Positions 13,401 to 30,898 of a stretch of DNA of 64,000 bases are shown here, piece after piece. Source of the stretch: Nymphaea colorata (Eukaryota); assembly GCF_008831285.2 (NCBI RefSeq), contig NC_045138.2:26412001-26476000 (forward strand), given 5' to 3'. The number at the start of each line of letters is the position of its first letter. Position 1 is the first letter of the stretch. The notes beneath the pieces were generated by a model that worked only from the letters and a program-made list of their open reading frames with translations, made no database searches and had not been told where the DNA came from. The translations under genes and the position numbers were made by a program.

Positions 13401-14248
13401 CGACCTACCTAGTTCATACAATTATTAGACGTGCATCCAATTAACTTTAGATTGCAAAATGAGCAAACCGAAGGCACATATTGTAAGATAAAACATGCAA
13501 AAATAACTGACAGCGAAATATGAACATCCAAAAAAAGAAGCTCACATAAATGAAGGGAAACCTGATTCTGGAGTTTCTCCTGATAAATCTCAGCCTTTAG
13601 AGTCGCTTCAGTGGCAAGGATACCGATTTTGCAATTGCTCCCGGCCTCTATAGGCTTCAAATCGGCCTCCTTGAGCTCCGAGGCCATGCACTCTCCCACA
13701 TGAAACAGAGGAACAGTGCAACCTTCAGAAATCTTTTCATACCACAGGTTTGAGATATGGAAGGGTGTAATGATGCAACGAGCACCGGATCGCTCGAGAA
13801 ATTTCCTCTTCTGAAGTAAATTCTCCAAAACAACGTCGTACTCCGGAAGGAAACAAGACTTCCCCAAATTCCTCTCGCAGGAAGAAAGCTCCCTGTTCAG
13901 GGTCGGATCGTTACACACGATAAAAGGAAGGCTCTCCCGTCCCTCTCTTGAGCTCCAATCTACCAGCTTCTGCAAGAAACTCAGAGTAGAAGCCGCAGAA
14001 ACCCCGCCGATGATTCCGACGGCATTCGAGTGACCAAGTACAGAGAGAGAAGCAGCTGCAGCATTACCCGTCGATGGAGGGAAGCTGTCTGATGAGGCCG
14101 TTAGCTTACCATCTTCATCCTTTTGCAGAAGAATGGACGATTTTATAGCGCAAGGGCCTTTTGTTGCATAATGGGTTCTCTGTCTCATCAGCGTACCACC
14201 AACAAGATTTGGTGAGCAACTGAGAGTGTAAGAATGGATCATCTTCAT
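10465..14248 (-). CDS. Aspartate/glutamate racemase-family protein (RacX-like fold) with transit-peptide-like N-terminus
   Basis: Exons 14248-13562 and 10743-10465 join in phase 0 (..EKLQNQ|GFEVVLPDKATMEH..), 321 aa. Motifs VGIIGG, LERSGARCI, IGILATEATL, PMDALARATI. Confidence 0.9.
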
Positions 14249-16120
14249 TCTTGCACGAAGAAAAGAGCAACGAAACCCAAACCCTCACCAGTACCCACCA
14301 GCTCAGCTGGAAAGAACCTTCAAAACTCTCATGTGCATTTTGTGTTTAGAAGCTAAGAACGCCATCCCATCAGGGAATACTGCAGCACTGGGGATCACAA
14401 CGTATAGGCAGAGACAGGAACAAAAACATCATTATCATATGAACTATTTAGGCACTTTTAAGCCGGAAAGGCACAAGCAGATGATTGGAGGAACTAAAAT
14501 GTTAGAGGTTTGTTCTATTGATGATTGAGATACAGAATCCAAAGCACCATTGTCTTCAGAGGTCGTGTAAACACGCAAACTCCTCTCTCAAATGGTGGAG
14601 AGAAGGGGAAGGAAGAAAAAGGAAGAAGGTGCAATGAGGGAAGAAGCGAGCTCCACCACCACCTTGTTGAGACTTGAGAGACAACTGTACCCTCTCCCTG
14701 TCTCTTCTTCTGACACTACACTGCAGCCGGTGGAAGGGTGCAGGCTGACGACTGGCTGAGACGACAAGGACTCATGGCAGCGAAAGCCGGCCCGGCGGAC
14801 TCGGCCACCAACGGCCGTCTGTAGATTCCGGATTTCAATTTTTACCGCTCTCTCTTGTTTTTTCCCTTCTCAACTTTGATCAATGTCTTCCCGTCCATTT
14901 TCCACTTGCCATTCATTCGCTAGCGGTAGATGAAATTGCAGTAGGTAGAACAGAGAGTATGGTGGATTTGAATGTGGTCACCAAAACAAGATACCACCAA
15001 GATGATTCTGATATTATTGCCTTCCATTCATTCAAGGCCATCAACGGCTGCTAATGAAGTTAAAATGTAGAGACCACATCTGGCATCCTGCTTGAACACC
15101 ATGGATGAGCTAAGAGTGAAAGAGAAATCTGGGCCGTCACTGTGTTGGTTTGGCTATCCGCGCAATGGACAAAGAAAGAGAGAAGTTAAAAAAACAAAAA
15201 AGAAAAAAGAAAAGCCAACCTTTTGAGTGCAATGTCTAACAAGAGCTTCATATGTTCGAGTTTTCTGATATATGCCGCCCTTTTCTGGAAACACTAAATA
15301 GAGGTGCGTATTTTACTTAATTCAGCTTACAGTTTTCCTTTTTTAGGTCCGTCTTTCATTTTTTCTAAAACATTATTTGAACAATGTACCACAATGGTAA
15401 CGCCTTTAAGTAACAAGAGATGTTACTGTTTCATGAATCTACTAAAAAAAACAAATTCATAAAATATTTATGAAGTGTCTAATAAATCTAACCAATTTAT
15501 TGGTTATAGAAGATAATAACATAATGTTATTGTTTTCAAATGGCTACTTAAATGTTATTTTAGAGGTAAAACATTATTTTGACTTAAAAATGTATTTAAA
15601 GGGTATTTGAGTAACAAGTATATTGGGTATATAAAAACCTAGTTTTGAAAAAAAAATATACGCTTTCAAATAGTATGTAGTGAATGCCGAACTAAAGTGA
15701 GCCTCTATTTGTAACGGTAAATTGAAAAGATTGAGTTTCAGTATCAAAAAATTTGGCAACAAGGTATCCTTCTTCTTGAATTACGTCAAAAACTCTGACC
15801 CAAATCAAATTTTCGTGAACAAATGAAAAATGTTTGGCTGGTCGTCGTTTGAGCTGAGACCTGAACATGACGCTCTACCTCAAAGATTCTCTTCACTTTT
15901 TTGTCGCGCTTGAACTTTTCTATGAAAAAGATCCAGAAATCTGTAGACTTTACGACCTTAAAATGCGTCTTTTTTAGCATATTTATGTTGTTTTTTCTGT
16001 ATTGAAAATTTCAAAATTTTATTTTGCTAAAGGGTCGTCCTTCAAAAAAATTTACTTGTAAAGCAATCTTCTTTAAAAATAGCAAGTTCTATACTTTTTT
16101 CTTATAGCTTCTTGACTTGA

Positions 16121-16223
<103 letters not shown>

Positions 16224-17199
16224 TTGTCAAATTGAAAAAAAAAGCAATGAATCATCTGCCAAGAATCAAAATACTTGTACGTGTGCTCAGCTAAAAGATG
16301 TACATGGATCCAGCCTTTACGAAGTTCAGCTTAATTGGATCCAGATCCAGACTCGGATTTGCAGCTTATTTTAAAGCCAAATTAAAATTCCAGTAGCATA
16401 AGATTTGACATCTAAACGTAACAAGTTCAGATTAGGATCAGATCTTGGTCAAAACTAATTATCAAACTGCATGTTGAATCTAAACCTAACTAGCAATCGG
16501 ATCAAAATTGAGCCCATGGTCGGATATATATGATTTAATTACATCCCCATTGCTAAACCAAACCCGGAAGGAGAAAAAAAAAGTGTATATTGTTCTTAAT
16601 ATCCCCAAGGTGAAACAAAGTCAAGAATTCAGAATCCATGGTCACATCATTTGTATCAGTTGGCATTTCCACATTACCGAAGCTCATGCAGATGGGTGAG
16701 AACAAACTGAACCCAATACAAGCTCAACCTAATCTACTGTTTTAGATCCACAGCAGCTCTGCATCAAAAAGCGGTGAATGTCGCCGAAGGACTGAATGCA
16801 AGGTAGAAAATGGGTAGATGTTGCTTGTGCTTATGTAACATATGATCCAAATAAATCATTTGGCATGATGTATCAAATTTTATTACTCCAAGGTTTGCAG
16901 TTTTATGTCGAAGAGGCATACTGTAAGCTAAAATTCTAATATAATACGCAAACGATTAGATATATCTCTTACCAGACAAGCTAATGATATTCTATTAGCA
17001 CAGTCTCTCTCTAGCAGAACACTTCACATCTGACCTTTTGTAGTGGTCCATAGAAAGCCCCTACCCAAATAAGAATCTCTCTCTTTCTCTCTCTCTCTCT
17101 CACATCCCAAAGAAATACACTGCACATAGTTATCAAGTTCCATGAAATATGATCTTGAATCATAACATAGACAGTGGAATAGAGACCATTGTATATGTG

Positions 17200-17230
<31 letters not shown>

Positions 17231-17534
17231 GGTTTTTTTTTTCACTTTGATATACTTGGAAGATGCTTATCCTAGTGACAAAGGAAAACACTTGCCCCTC
17301 GTTCATTGAAATGTTCAACAAAGGGACGAACGGCAGATAATTTGCTGTGGATACCCACACATGAGAGTGACTTGTAGTGTACCCATGACTCCACTTTTAA
17401 TACGAGCCGTTGCTTGGGTGCCCATGCCTTTTTGTCCTTCGGGATTACAACTAGAGAAAGCCCCATTCTTTACATGCCTCTTCTCTCTTCAATTATTGAG
17501 CCGCGATCTGACACCAATGGCATTCCCATGTATG

Positions 17535-17790
17535 CATATGGTAGACCAGGCAAATGAGCAGATCTGGCCCCTATAAGCTCATTCACCGAAGATGAAAGCC
17601 TTGTATTCACCGAAGATGAAAGCCTTGTCGGCAGACATATTACAAGCGCATCAAACAGAGACAACGCCTCACCACGTGTGTATATATGGTACACCAGGCA
17701 AAGGGAAAAATCTGGCCTTCTAGAAGCTCATTCATGGAGGATGAAGACCTTGTTGGCAGACGTTCTACAAGAACATCATGCAGAGACAAC
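17535..17790. repeat. Diverged tandem duplication with a nested 24-bp duplication
   Basis: TATGGTA(G/C)ACCAGGCAAA..AAGCTCATTCA..GGCAGAC..CAGAGACAAC occurs twice; ATTCACCGAAGATGAAAGCCTTGT is repeated directly at 17581 and 17605. Confidence 0.8.
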
Positions 17791-18639
17791 TGTGTTGGCA
17801 TGTGGGTTCGTGTGTGCGGCAAAATGGAACCTAGTTAGTGTCTTGTAAAGTTGTATTTTCTAAATAGTTAAACCTCTGCTGCTTGTCAGCTTTCACAGCC
17901 TTTCTCTTGTTTGTATAGCACCAGGCATCAGATTTTAGATATATCTGTACATACAGTAAAGATTACTCTACAGTTCAGCAGGTTTAAAACCTTTCAAATA
18001 TGTTTCGTCAGATTCATGTTTAGATAGTGAACACTGAACAATCACTTGCTCAAATTTATGAACATGAGACGCCTTTCTCAGATGGCCAGAACGCCATTCA
18101 TATTTTACACACTGATTAGAGGCCGCTTTCATCACTTCATGCGGCTGACCACCTCACTGTACTTCATGAATGAATAACTATGGACAAGACGAATCCCCTC
18201 AATTACACACAACACGCACACACATAGCTGGACCACACCAAAGTTTAGTCCACTTGTAAGAGAGCCCAGCAGTTACAAGAAATAACCGTTCAAAGTAATT
18301 ATAGGAAATTCTTGTGAAGGTAAGAAGACAAACCAAGGTTCTACTAAGTAAATAATAAAAGCTAAAGCATGAGAATACAGAATAACACAAAGCATGGTTG
18401 CCTATTCACCAGTAAGTTACCTTGGAAACCCTCAAGGCGGTCTTCAGAAGTAGTACATAGAACCTGATTTTTCTGAGATTTTGGATTTGGATGGTGTCTT
18501 AAGAGTTAATAACTTTAGCGTTTTACAGTAGACAACGAACTTACTACAACAAAAAGACAACAATTTTACAGTAAATAAAGAAGCAATATTTTATCTCCAC
18601 ATGGACAATATCTGAAGCAAAGAAGAGGATAGGGTCCAT

Positions 18640-23216
<4,577 letters not shown>

Positions 23217-23367
23217 TCTTCACCTTCCATCCTGCATTGGGTGAGGGCATTTATCATGCACCAAAATTTGTAGTAGCCCCAAGGCCGAAAGGTTGTTAGG
23301 TGGAGAATTGAGAGCCGGGAGAAGTAATAAATAAATAAATGTGTACAAAATCTGAAAAAACAAAGCT

Positions 23368-23942
23368 CAATTCACAGTCAATGTTCATCACATGGGCGCA
23401 CAAAGCAGCACAAATAAGAGCTCTGAGATCATTCATTGGCAAGTTCTTTTTGTTCGTTTGTTAAATAAGTTACAATTATGCAAGCTCAAGTGAGAACAAT
23501 GCGAGTTCAAAATACTTTGGTTTAAGTTTTAAAGTAGACAAAGCTCTTGTTGGTCATTATTTTGAAACGAACTTTATAGTTAGTCTAGTATACTATATTC
23601 TCTGAATATATATGTCATTAAGTTTATATTTGTTTGTGTATATATATAAGTAGTTTAAAGCAACCCCAATTCACAGTCAATGCTGATCACACAGACACAA
23701 ATAAGAGCTTTGACACAAACCATTTACAAGATATTTTTATTTCTTTAGTAAATAAGCTACAATAAGGCAAGACCAAGTGAGACTATACCAAAAGATGCAA
23801 GATCCCAATAGCTTGATTTTAAGTTTTTCTCTTAGCCAACTAGGCAGAGCTCTTGTTGGTGATTATTTTAAAACCTAAGTTTTGATTTCGTCTAGTACAT
23901 TCCCCAGATATAGATGCATTTGAGTTTATATTTGTTCGTGTA
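23368..23942. repeat. Diverged tandem duplication (~300-bp period) upstream of NUDX19
   Basis: CAATTCACAGTCAATG..CACAAATAAGAGCT..CAAGTGAGA..GCTCTTGTTGGT..AGTTTATATTTGTT occurs twice, starting near 23368 and 23667. Confidence 0.85.
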
Positions 23943-24972
23943 CTTAGTTGTTTTCATATAGGAAACCCTCTAGCAAGTAGGTGAACCCTTGAACTACAAG
24001 CTTTCTTTAACTTGAAGGACTGTGTTTTTTGGTAGTTGCACTTGTTCTTATCAGTGAACTCCTCCTAGGGTGTACATAATTCAAAGAAGGTCAGACTTTT
24101 TTTTTGGTGATATAATTTTTTAATAAAAAAGGTTGTACGACCCATGTAATTTTTTTGCCTTTTTATAAATTAGAGAAAAGGTTTATTTATCTATATGCCA
24201 TTTTGTTTGTGAGGAGAATGTTGTCTGATTTTTTTGGGAAAATCTGAAACTCACATTAGAAGTGAAGCAAGAAGTAAATACTTTCAAGTGTTTGACTGTT
24301 TGTTGTCTTCAAACAACCAAAAATAATTCCACGGTTTTTCAAATGCCTCTTAGGAAAGGGAACAATGTCATTGCCCTTGATCTACTTTGATTTAAGATTC
24401 CCATGATTTGACATTCATGGAACTGACATCAATGCAGAAAAGGTAAAGTGAAAATTTCCAGGTTCGATTTTAAGTTTTACTCAAGATCTTTACTTTAGTG
24501 AACCATATATTTTACTGCGGTTTTTTTCTTGTGTCAGCAAAAGTACGTCATATCAGACTCATACATCTAAATTAAGAAGTAATCTAAACACACCTTGACT
24601 ATTTTCACATGAGAGTGACATAGTTATTAGATGAAACTTAGAGAAACGATGTCTTAAACATTGGGTGAGTTTTTTTTTAACCGTAGGTGAACTAAAAAAC
24701 ACTGCATATTTTCGCATTAAAAAAAGAGTTGTAGTCCAAATGCGAGATCATTGATGATTTTGGGTATATTTTATTGGCAAAAATTATATTTTGTACAATG
24801 AGAAAATAGAAGGGGCTTTAATAAGGGGCTCGCCTTAAATCCTCATTTTTAATAACTTATGAATTTGAGAACTTTGTTTTAAGGTTACCAATGTAGGTTA
24901 AATATATTAATTTTTAGTGGCTGCCAATGCAGGCCCTTGATTCAACCTCCGTGGCTTTGGAGTCCTTATTAG

Positions 24973-25659
24973 TAGGGCTGCACAACGAGTCGAGCCAACT
25001 CGGGCTCGACTCGAACTTGCTTGCAAAAGCTCGGCTCGAACTGGCTTGCAAAAGCTCGGCTCGAACTCGACTCATTTATAAACGAGTCGAATTCGAGTTG
25101 AAAGTTAAACTCGAATCAATAAACGAGTTGAGTTCGAGTTGCAAGAACTCGACTCGTTTAAACTCGACTCGTTATATTAAATCAATTAGTTGAAAGTTAA
25201 ACGAGTCGAATGAAAGTTAAACTCGAATCAATAAACGAGTTGAGTTCGAGTTGCAAGAACTCGACTCGTTTAAACTCGACTCGTTATATTAAATCAATTA
25301 GTTGAAAGTTAAAGTCGTTTTTATAATTTCTAATTTCCTTCTTTTTTTTCCCTCTCTTCACCCACTCAGCCACGTTTCTCTTTCTTCACCACTCATTCAT
25401 TTTTCCTTTCCTTTTTCTCTTTTCCCAGCAGGCTTCCTCCTCCCCACGTCCCACGTCGTCATTTCCTTCCCTTTTTCTCTTTTCCTAATACGCTGCCTTT
25501 CCTCTCCCCCGCGTCGTCCCATGCATAGCCCTCGATTGCAGTGAAAAAGAAAGGTGGAGCTGAAGCTGTCAAGCTTGTGTCGAGCTCGAGTTGAGGTTGA
25601 AGCTGACTAAACATAAGTCTAGCCAAGCTTTAGCTAGACTCGGCTCATGTGCAGCCCTA
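24973..25659. mobile_element. Non-autonomous hAT-type element (MITE), 687 bp
   Basis: Perfect 12-bp TIR TAGGGCTGCACA/TGTGCAGCCCTA; 8-bp TSD CTTATTAG/CATATTAG (7/8); many CTCGA/AACGAG subterminal repeats; internal 112-bp-period duplication at 25099-25313. Confidence 0.9.
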
Positions 25660-26314
25660 CATATTAGACCCTTAGTGAAGGGGTACCAGCTTTGGAGTTT
25701 CACACAGTGGAAAAGTAAGAAGGCCTCTCAAACCAAATGTGGTATCACTTGAGAATCATGGATATGGTGATTTGATGAGAGGCAAAAACCACATTTTTCT
25801 GTTTGCCCTCAGGGTCCTCAAAGCTGTTTCTGGACTTGGGTGGAAATGAGGACACTCATCAACTAGAGTATGTTTGCAGTCTAGAGGAGTAGTAACATAC
25901 TGATGATCGGACTTTCACTGTCCCGACTAGCTATGCTATGCCCTTCAATGCTACAATCGTGGATTTGAAAATGCATAGTTTATAAATGTATTATACAATC
26001 TTTGCATTTTTAAATATAAAATTTCAAAACCTTTGTTAACAATCAATGATTTGAAAATAGTAAATCTAAAACCTTAAGATGATCTTATATTAACTCATCA
26101 GCTAAAATCCAAGGTAATCAAACCCACCGTAACTCGTGTTGATTGCCTCATGTCCAACTAAAATTGCAATTGGGTGAAGTTTTCTTGACGTTTTTGCACC
26201 ATCAGATCTGATTTTAATTCCATCGTACGTGTTTGGTTGCCTTCTTATATAAAAAAAAAAGGCATTCAATGGCCAGTTTATATTCAGAGCAGGTTACATG
26301 TTATGGCCCTTAAC

Positions 26315-26714
26315 TAAGGCTACACAATGAGTCAAGTTAGTTTGAGCCATACTCAAGTCGAGCTAGTTTGAGCTAGACTCAACTCGAACTCGTCTCGTCT
26401 ATAAATGAGTCTAGCTTGAGTTCAAATGTATGCTCAAAATGTTAAACAAGTTGAGTTCAAATGGTAAGAATTCAACTTATTTAAATTCGACCCGACGACT
26501 CGGCTACATAATGAATGTTGAATTATGATGAGAAATAATTAAACAACAACTAAACGAGTTAAAAAAAAACTAGACATGCTTAACATAAACAAGTTAAATG
26601 AGTTAAACGAGTTGAGTTTGAGCTCGATGTTTTATCATTCAATCGAGCTCAAACTTGTTCTATCGAGCTCGAGCTGGCTCAACTCGAGCTCGACTCATCT
26701 CAAGTGTAGCCCTA
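26315..26714. mobile_element. Non-autonomous hAT-type element (MITE), 400 bp, related to 24973-25659
   Basis: TIR TAAGGCTACAC/GTGTAGCCCTA (10/11); perfect 8-bp TSD CCCTTAAC (26307-26314, 26715-26722); same CTCGA/GAGCT subterminal motifs. Confidence 0.9.
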
Positions 26715-26759
26715 CCCTTAACAAGAGACCATATGCTATGGCTTAAAAATGATTAAAAT

Positions 26760-28115
26760 GCTTTCACTTGTTAAATGGAAGACCCCTCCCTCTATACGGC
26801 AAAAGTAGAATATGAAAAACATTCTCTGCAAAATTACCAAAAATATTCCTGCCTTAAAATAACATGAGAACATATCTCACTATGTTCAGAGCATAACACA
26901 GAAAGCGCTTTCGGCCATGGACATGGATGGCCTATGTTGAGGTCTTCAAAGCCAATGCATCTTTCCACTTACTTTTAGTAAAGAAAAGCACTAGGGTTCC
27001 ATGGCTGGATCCAAAAAAAGAAGAGGAGATCTGGTGTAAAGCCAGAATAAAGCCGGCCTTGGTTCACAAATGTTGGGGCCCTTGCATGCAAATAGTGGTC
27101 TGGAAAATCTGGTGGTGGAGAAACCAGGCTGCCCATGATGCTGAGAAGGAACTCAATGTGCAGAGCATCATTAAGATAATATGGAGAACTTGTCAAGCGG
27201 TGTCCAAGGATATCCTGATCAAAGACAAGGAGAGAAACCTTCTGAAAATTTGGATGACCCTTGGTATATTTTGCGATGATCGGAATGACTACGCGGCTGG
27301 GATCTGTATTGAGCTAGTTGACTCCCGAAGGAACAATGGCAGGTATAAGCACCAGTTTGGAAAAGTTAGAGTGAATGGGCAAATGACTGGGCAATTTGCT
27401 ATCAATTCTCAGAGGTTGGCGCAATAGTTGGAGCGGGGGCTGATAGGCAGCTAATTTTAGTTTGAATTTTCAAAACATCAACTCTTTTGTGCCTCAAATG
27501 GGAGGTCTTCAGCACGCAAGTTGAAGAAGCACGGCGGCAACAGCACCCTGATGCACCAAAGCATGTCTTGTACCCTATGAAAACAAAGGACGAGTGGGAG
27601 CTTCGACTCTTTTGATGGGTGGTGAGATGAAAAGCTCCTCCTTCAAGGGGAAGTCAAGAGCTGGAGCTGCTGCCTTCTGAGCTTAGCTTGAAGAGCAGGT
27701 CCATGAGGACAACTGCACTATCCTGTCAAATAACAAATTTTGGGTGAAGAGGTTAAGAGGGAAGCTAGAAAGCAGAAGAAAATATGAAGACAAATGGAGG
27801 AGACGAGAGATGCTCAAAGAAGAATTCAAGTCTATTGCCATTTCCCTTCGTCTTCTTCTCTGCAACTATGGAACAATGGACAGAAGGCTAGACATGGGAC
27901 GACAATGCTCGTTGCAACCGACTTGGTTTTTGGCTTGTTCTTTTCTTGGGTGTTTTTGATTGCTGGTTTGGCCTGTTAGGGGACAGAAAGCAGTTCCTCT
28001 CTGGTTGGTTAGTAGTCTGTAATTTTGGTTTGTACGTATGTGAGGACTGAGGAGCCTGTCTCCCGGCATATTCCCCTTGGAACTTGGTATAGTAGAGAAA
28101 AATAGAAAAAAAAAA
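26760..28115 (+). mobile_element. Degenerate 5'-truncated LINE (L1-like ORF2 C-terminal region)
   Basis: ORF 26927-27427 contains WKIWWWRN (plant L1 WxIWxxRN motif). Broken RNase-H-like fragments follow at ~27500-27900, then an A-rich tail near 28100-28115. Boundaries approximate; no TSD found. Confidence 0.6.
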
Positions 28116-29230
28116 TCAATGAAGCCTGATAACAGAAGTATTTTATTTTTATATTGTTTAATAAAGAAAATGATAAAAAAGGTGTCCATCTTGGGGCACC
28201 AAGTATCTTTTCTGCAAACTTTTTACGGCAAACGTTTCTTCCTGTCAAGAGGGCAAGTGCCCTCTGAATTCACTATTTTTTCTTTTGAAGTTGCAGAAAA
28301 AGGATGGGGAATCTTTAACAAGCCTTATTTTCCAAAATCTGTCTCAACTTTCCAAAACCTTCAACACATGCTCCCTGCCTCAACTTTTAAAGTTTCCAAC
28401 ACATGGCCTGTTTTTGTTGAAATCCAGTTTTATATCTTATTGGCAGTTCAATCATGTTTAGAAACTTTTCCATATGGACCATCCGCTCTTTATTATAAAC
28501 TTACATAGATTTCATATGAAGATTTCCTAACCTTTTTTTTTTCTTTTTTTGACTTCAACCCACTAATGTCAGAGCAAGTGGAGATCAACTTTTGAATAGA
28601 AAAACTGGGTACCTCTCAAAGATTTTCTAATGATAATAGAAAATCGACGTTTGAAGTCAAAGTAATAAAGCGTAAGTTTTTTATAGCAAAAGTTTCTTGT
28701 TTAGCAGAACTCCCAAGAAGTTCTTTCTTGGTCTGTTTCAAGCTCTGCTCTGAAACTCTTCTTCATCAAGAAGTTCTCATGAGCTAAAACAAATCAATTT
28801 GTCTTTATCTTCATCGTGCAATTCGCTACTTGCAAAGAAGAGACTCCGTTACCAGTTATCTATGAAGTGCAAAATAATTCAAAGATGAACAACAGCTGCA
28901 GTTAAATAGATGGTAGTAGCAAGCATCAGGGCCTGTTTGTTAATTATAGTCGTCGGAAGAGTAATTCAAAGGTTAGGCACGAATTTGTAGATATGAAAGT
29001 CTTGAGCGTCTTTTTGAAATTGTTACTTGTAGAAAGCACGTATCTTGAAAAGGTCTTGAAGAAGGGACGGCGGAGATGATGGATCACGTTAAAAGGTGAT
29101 CAGATCCGCTGCCACTCCTGTTGGGTTTGCCACTCGCGCAAAGCCCTAGTCGCCCGGCTGCTGCCTCTCTACTCTCCTTCCTTCTGTGAGGATCAGAGGG
29201 AGAGAGCCTCGTCTCCGTCATCATCGTACT

Positions 29231-29254
29231 GTCGTCGTCGTCGTCGTCGTCGTC
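29231..29254 (+). repeat. (GTC)8 microsatellite in the probable 5' UTR of threonine synthase
   Basis: Read directly; ends 42 nt before the ATG. Confidence 0.9.
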
Positions 29255-29263
29255 ATTGGTTGA

Positions 29264-30898
<1,635 letters not shown>

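Noticed and set aside
23217..23260. Several upstream ATGs before NUDX19
   Set aside because: TSS unknown, so they may be untranscribed; uORF status cannot be supported.
24980..25313. Regular CTCGA repeats resembling a CRISPR or iteron array
   Set aside because: No constant repeat with unique spacers; it lies inside a TIR/TSD-bounded MITE in eukaryotic DNA.
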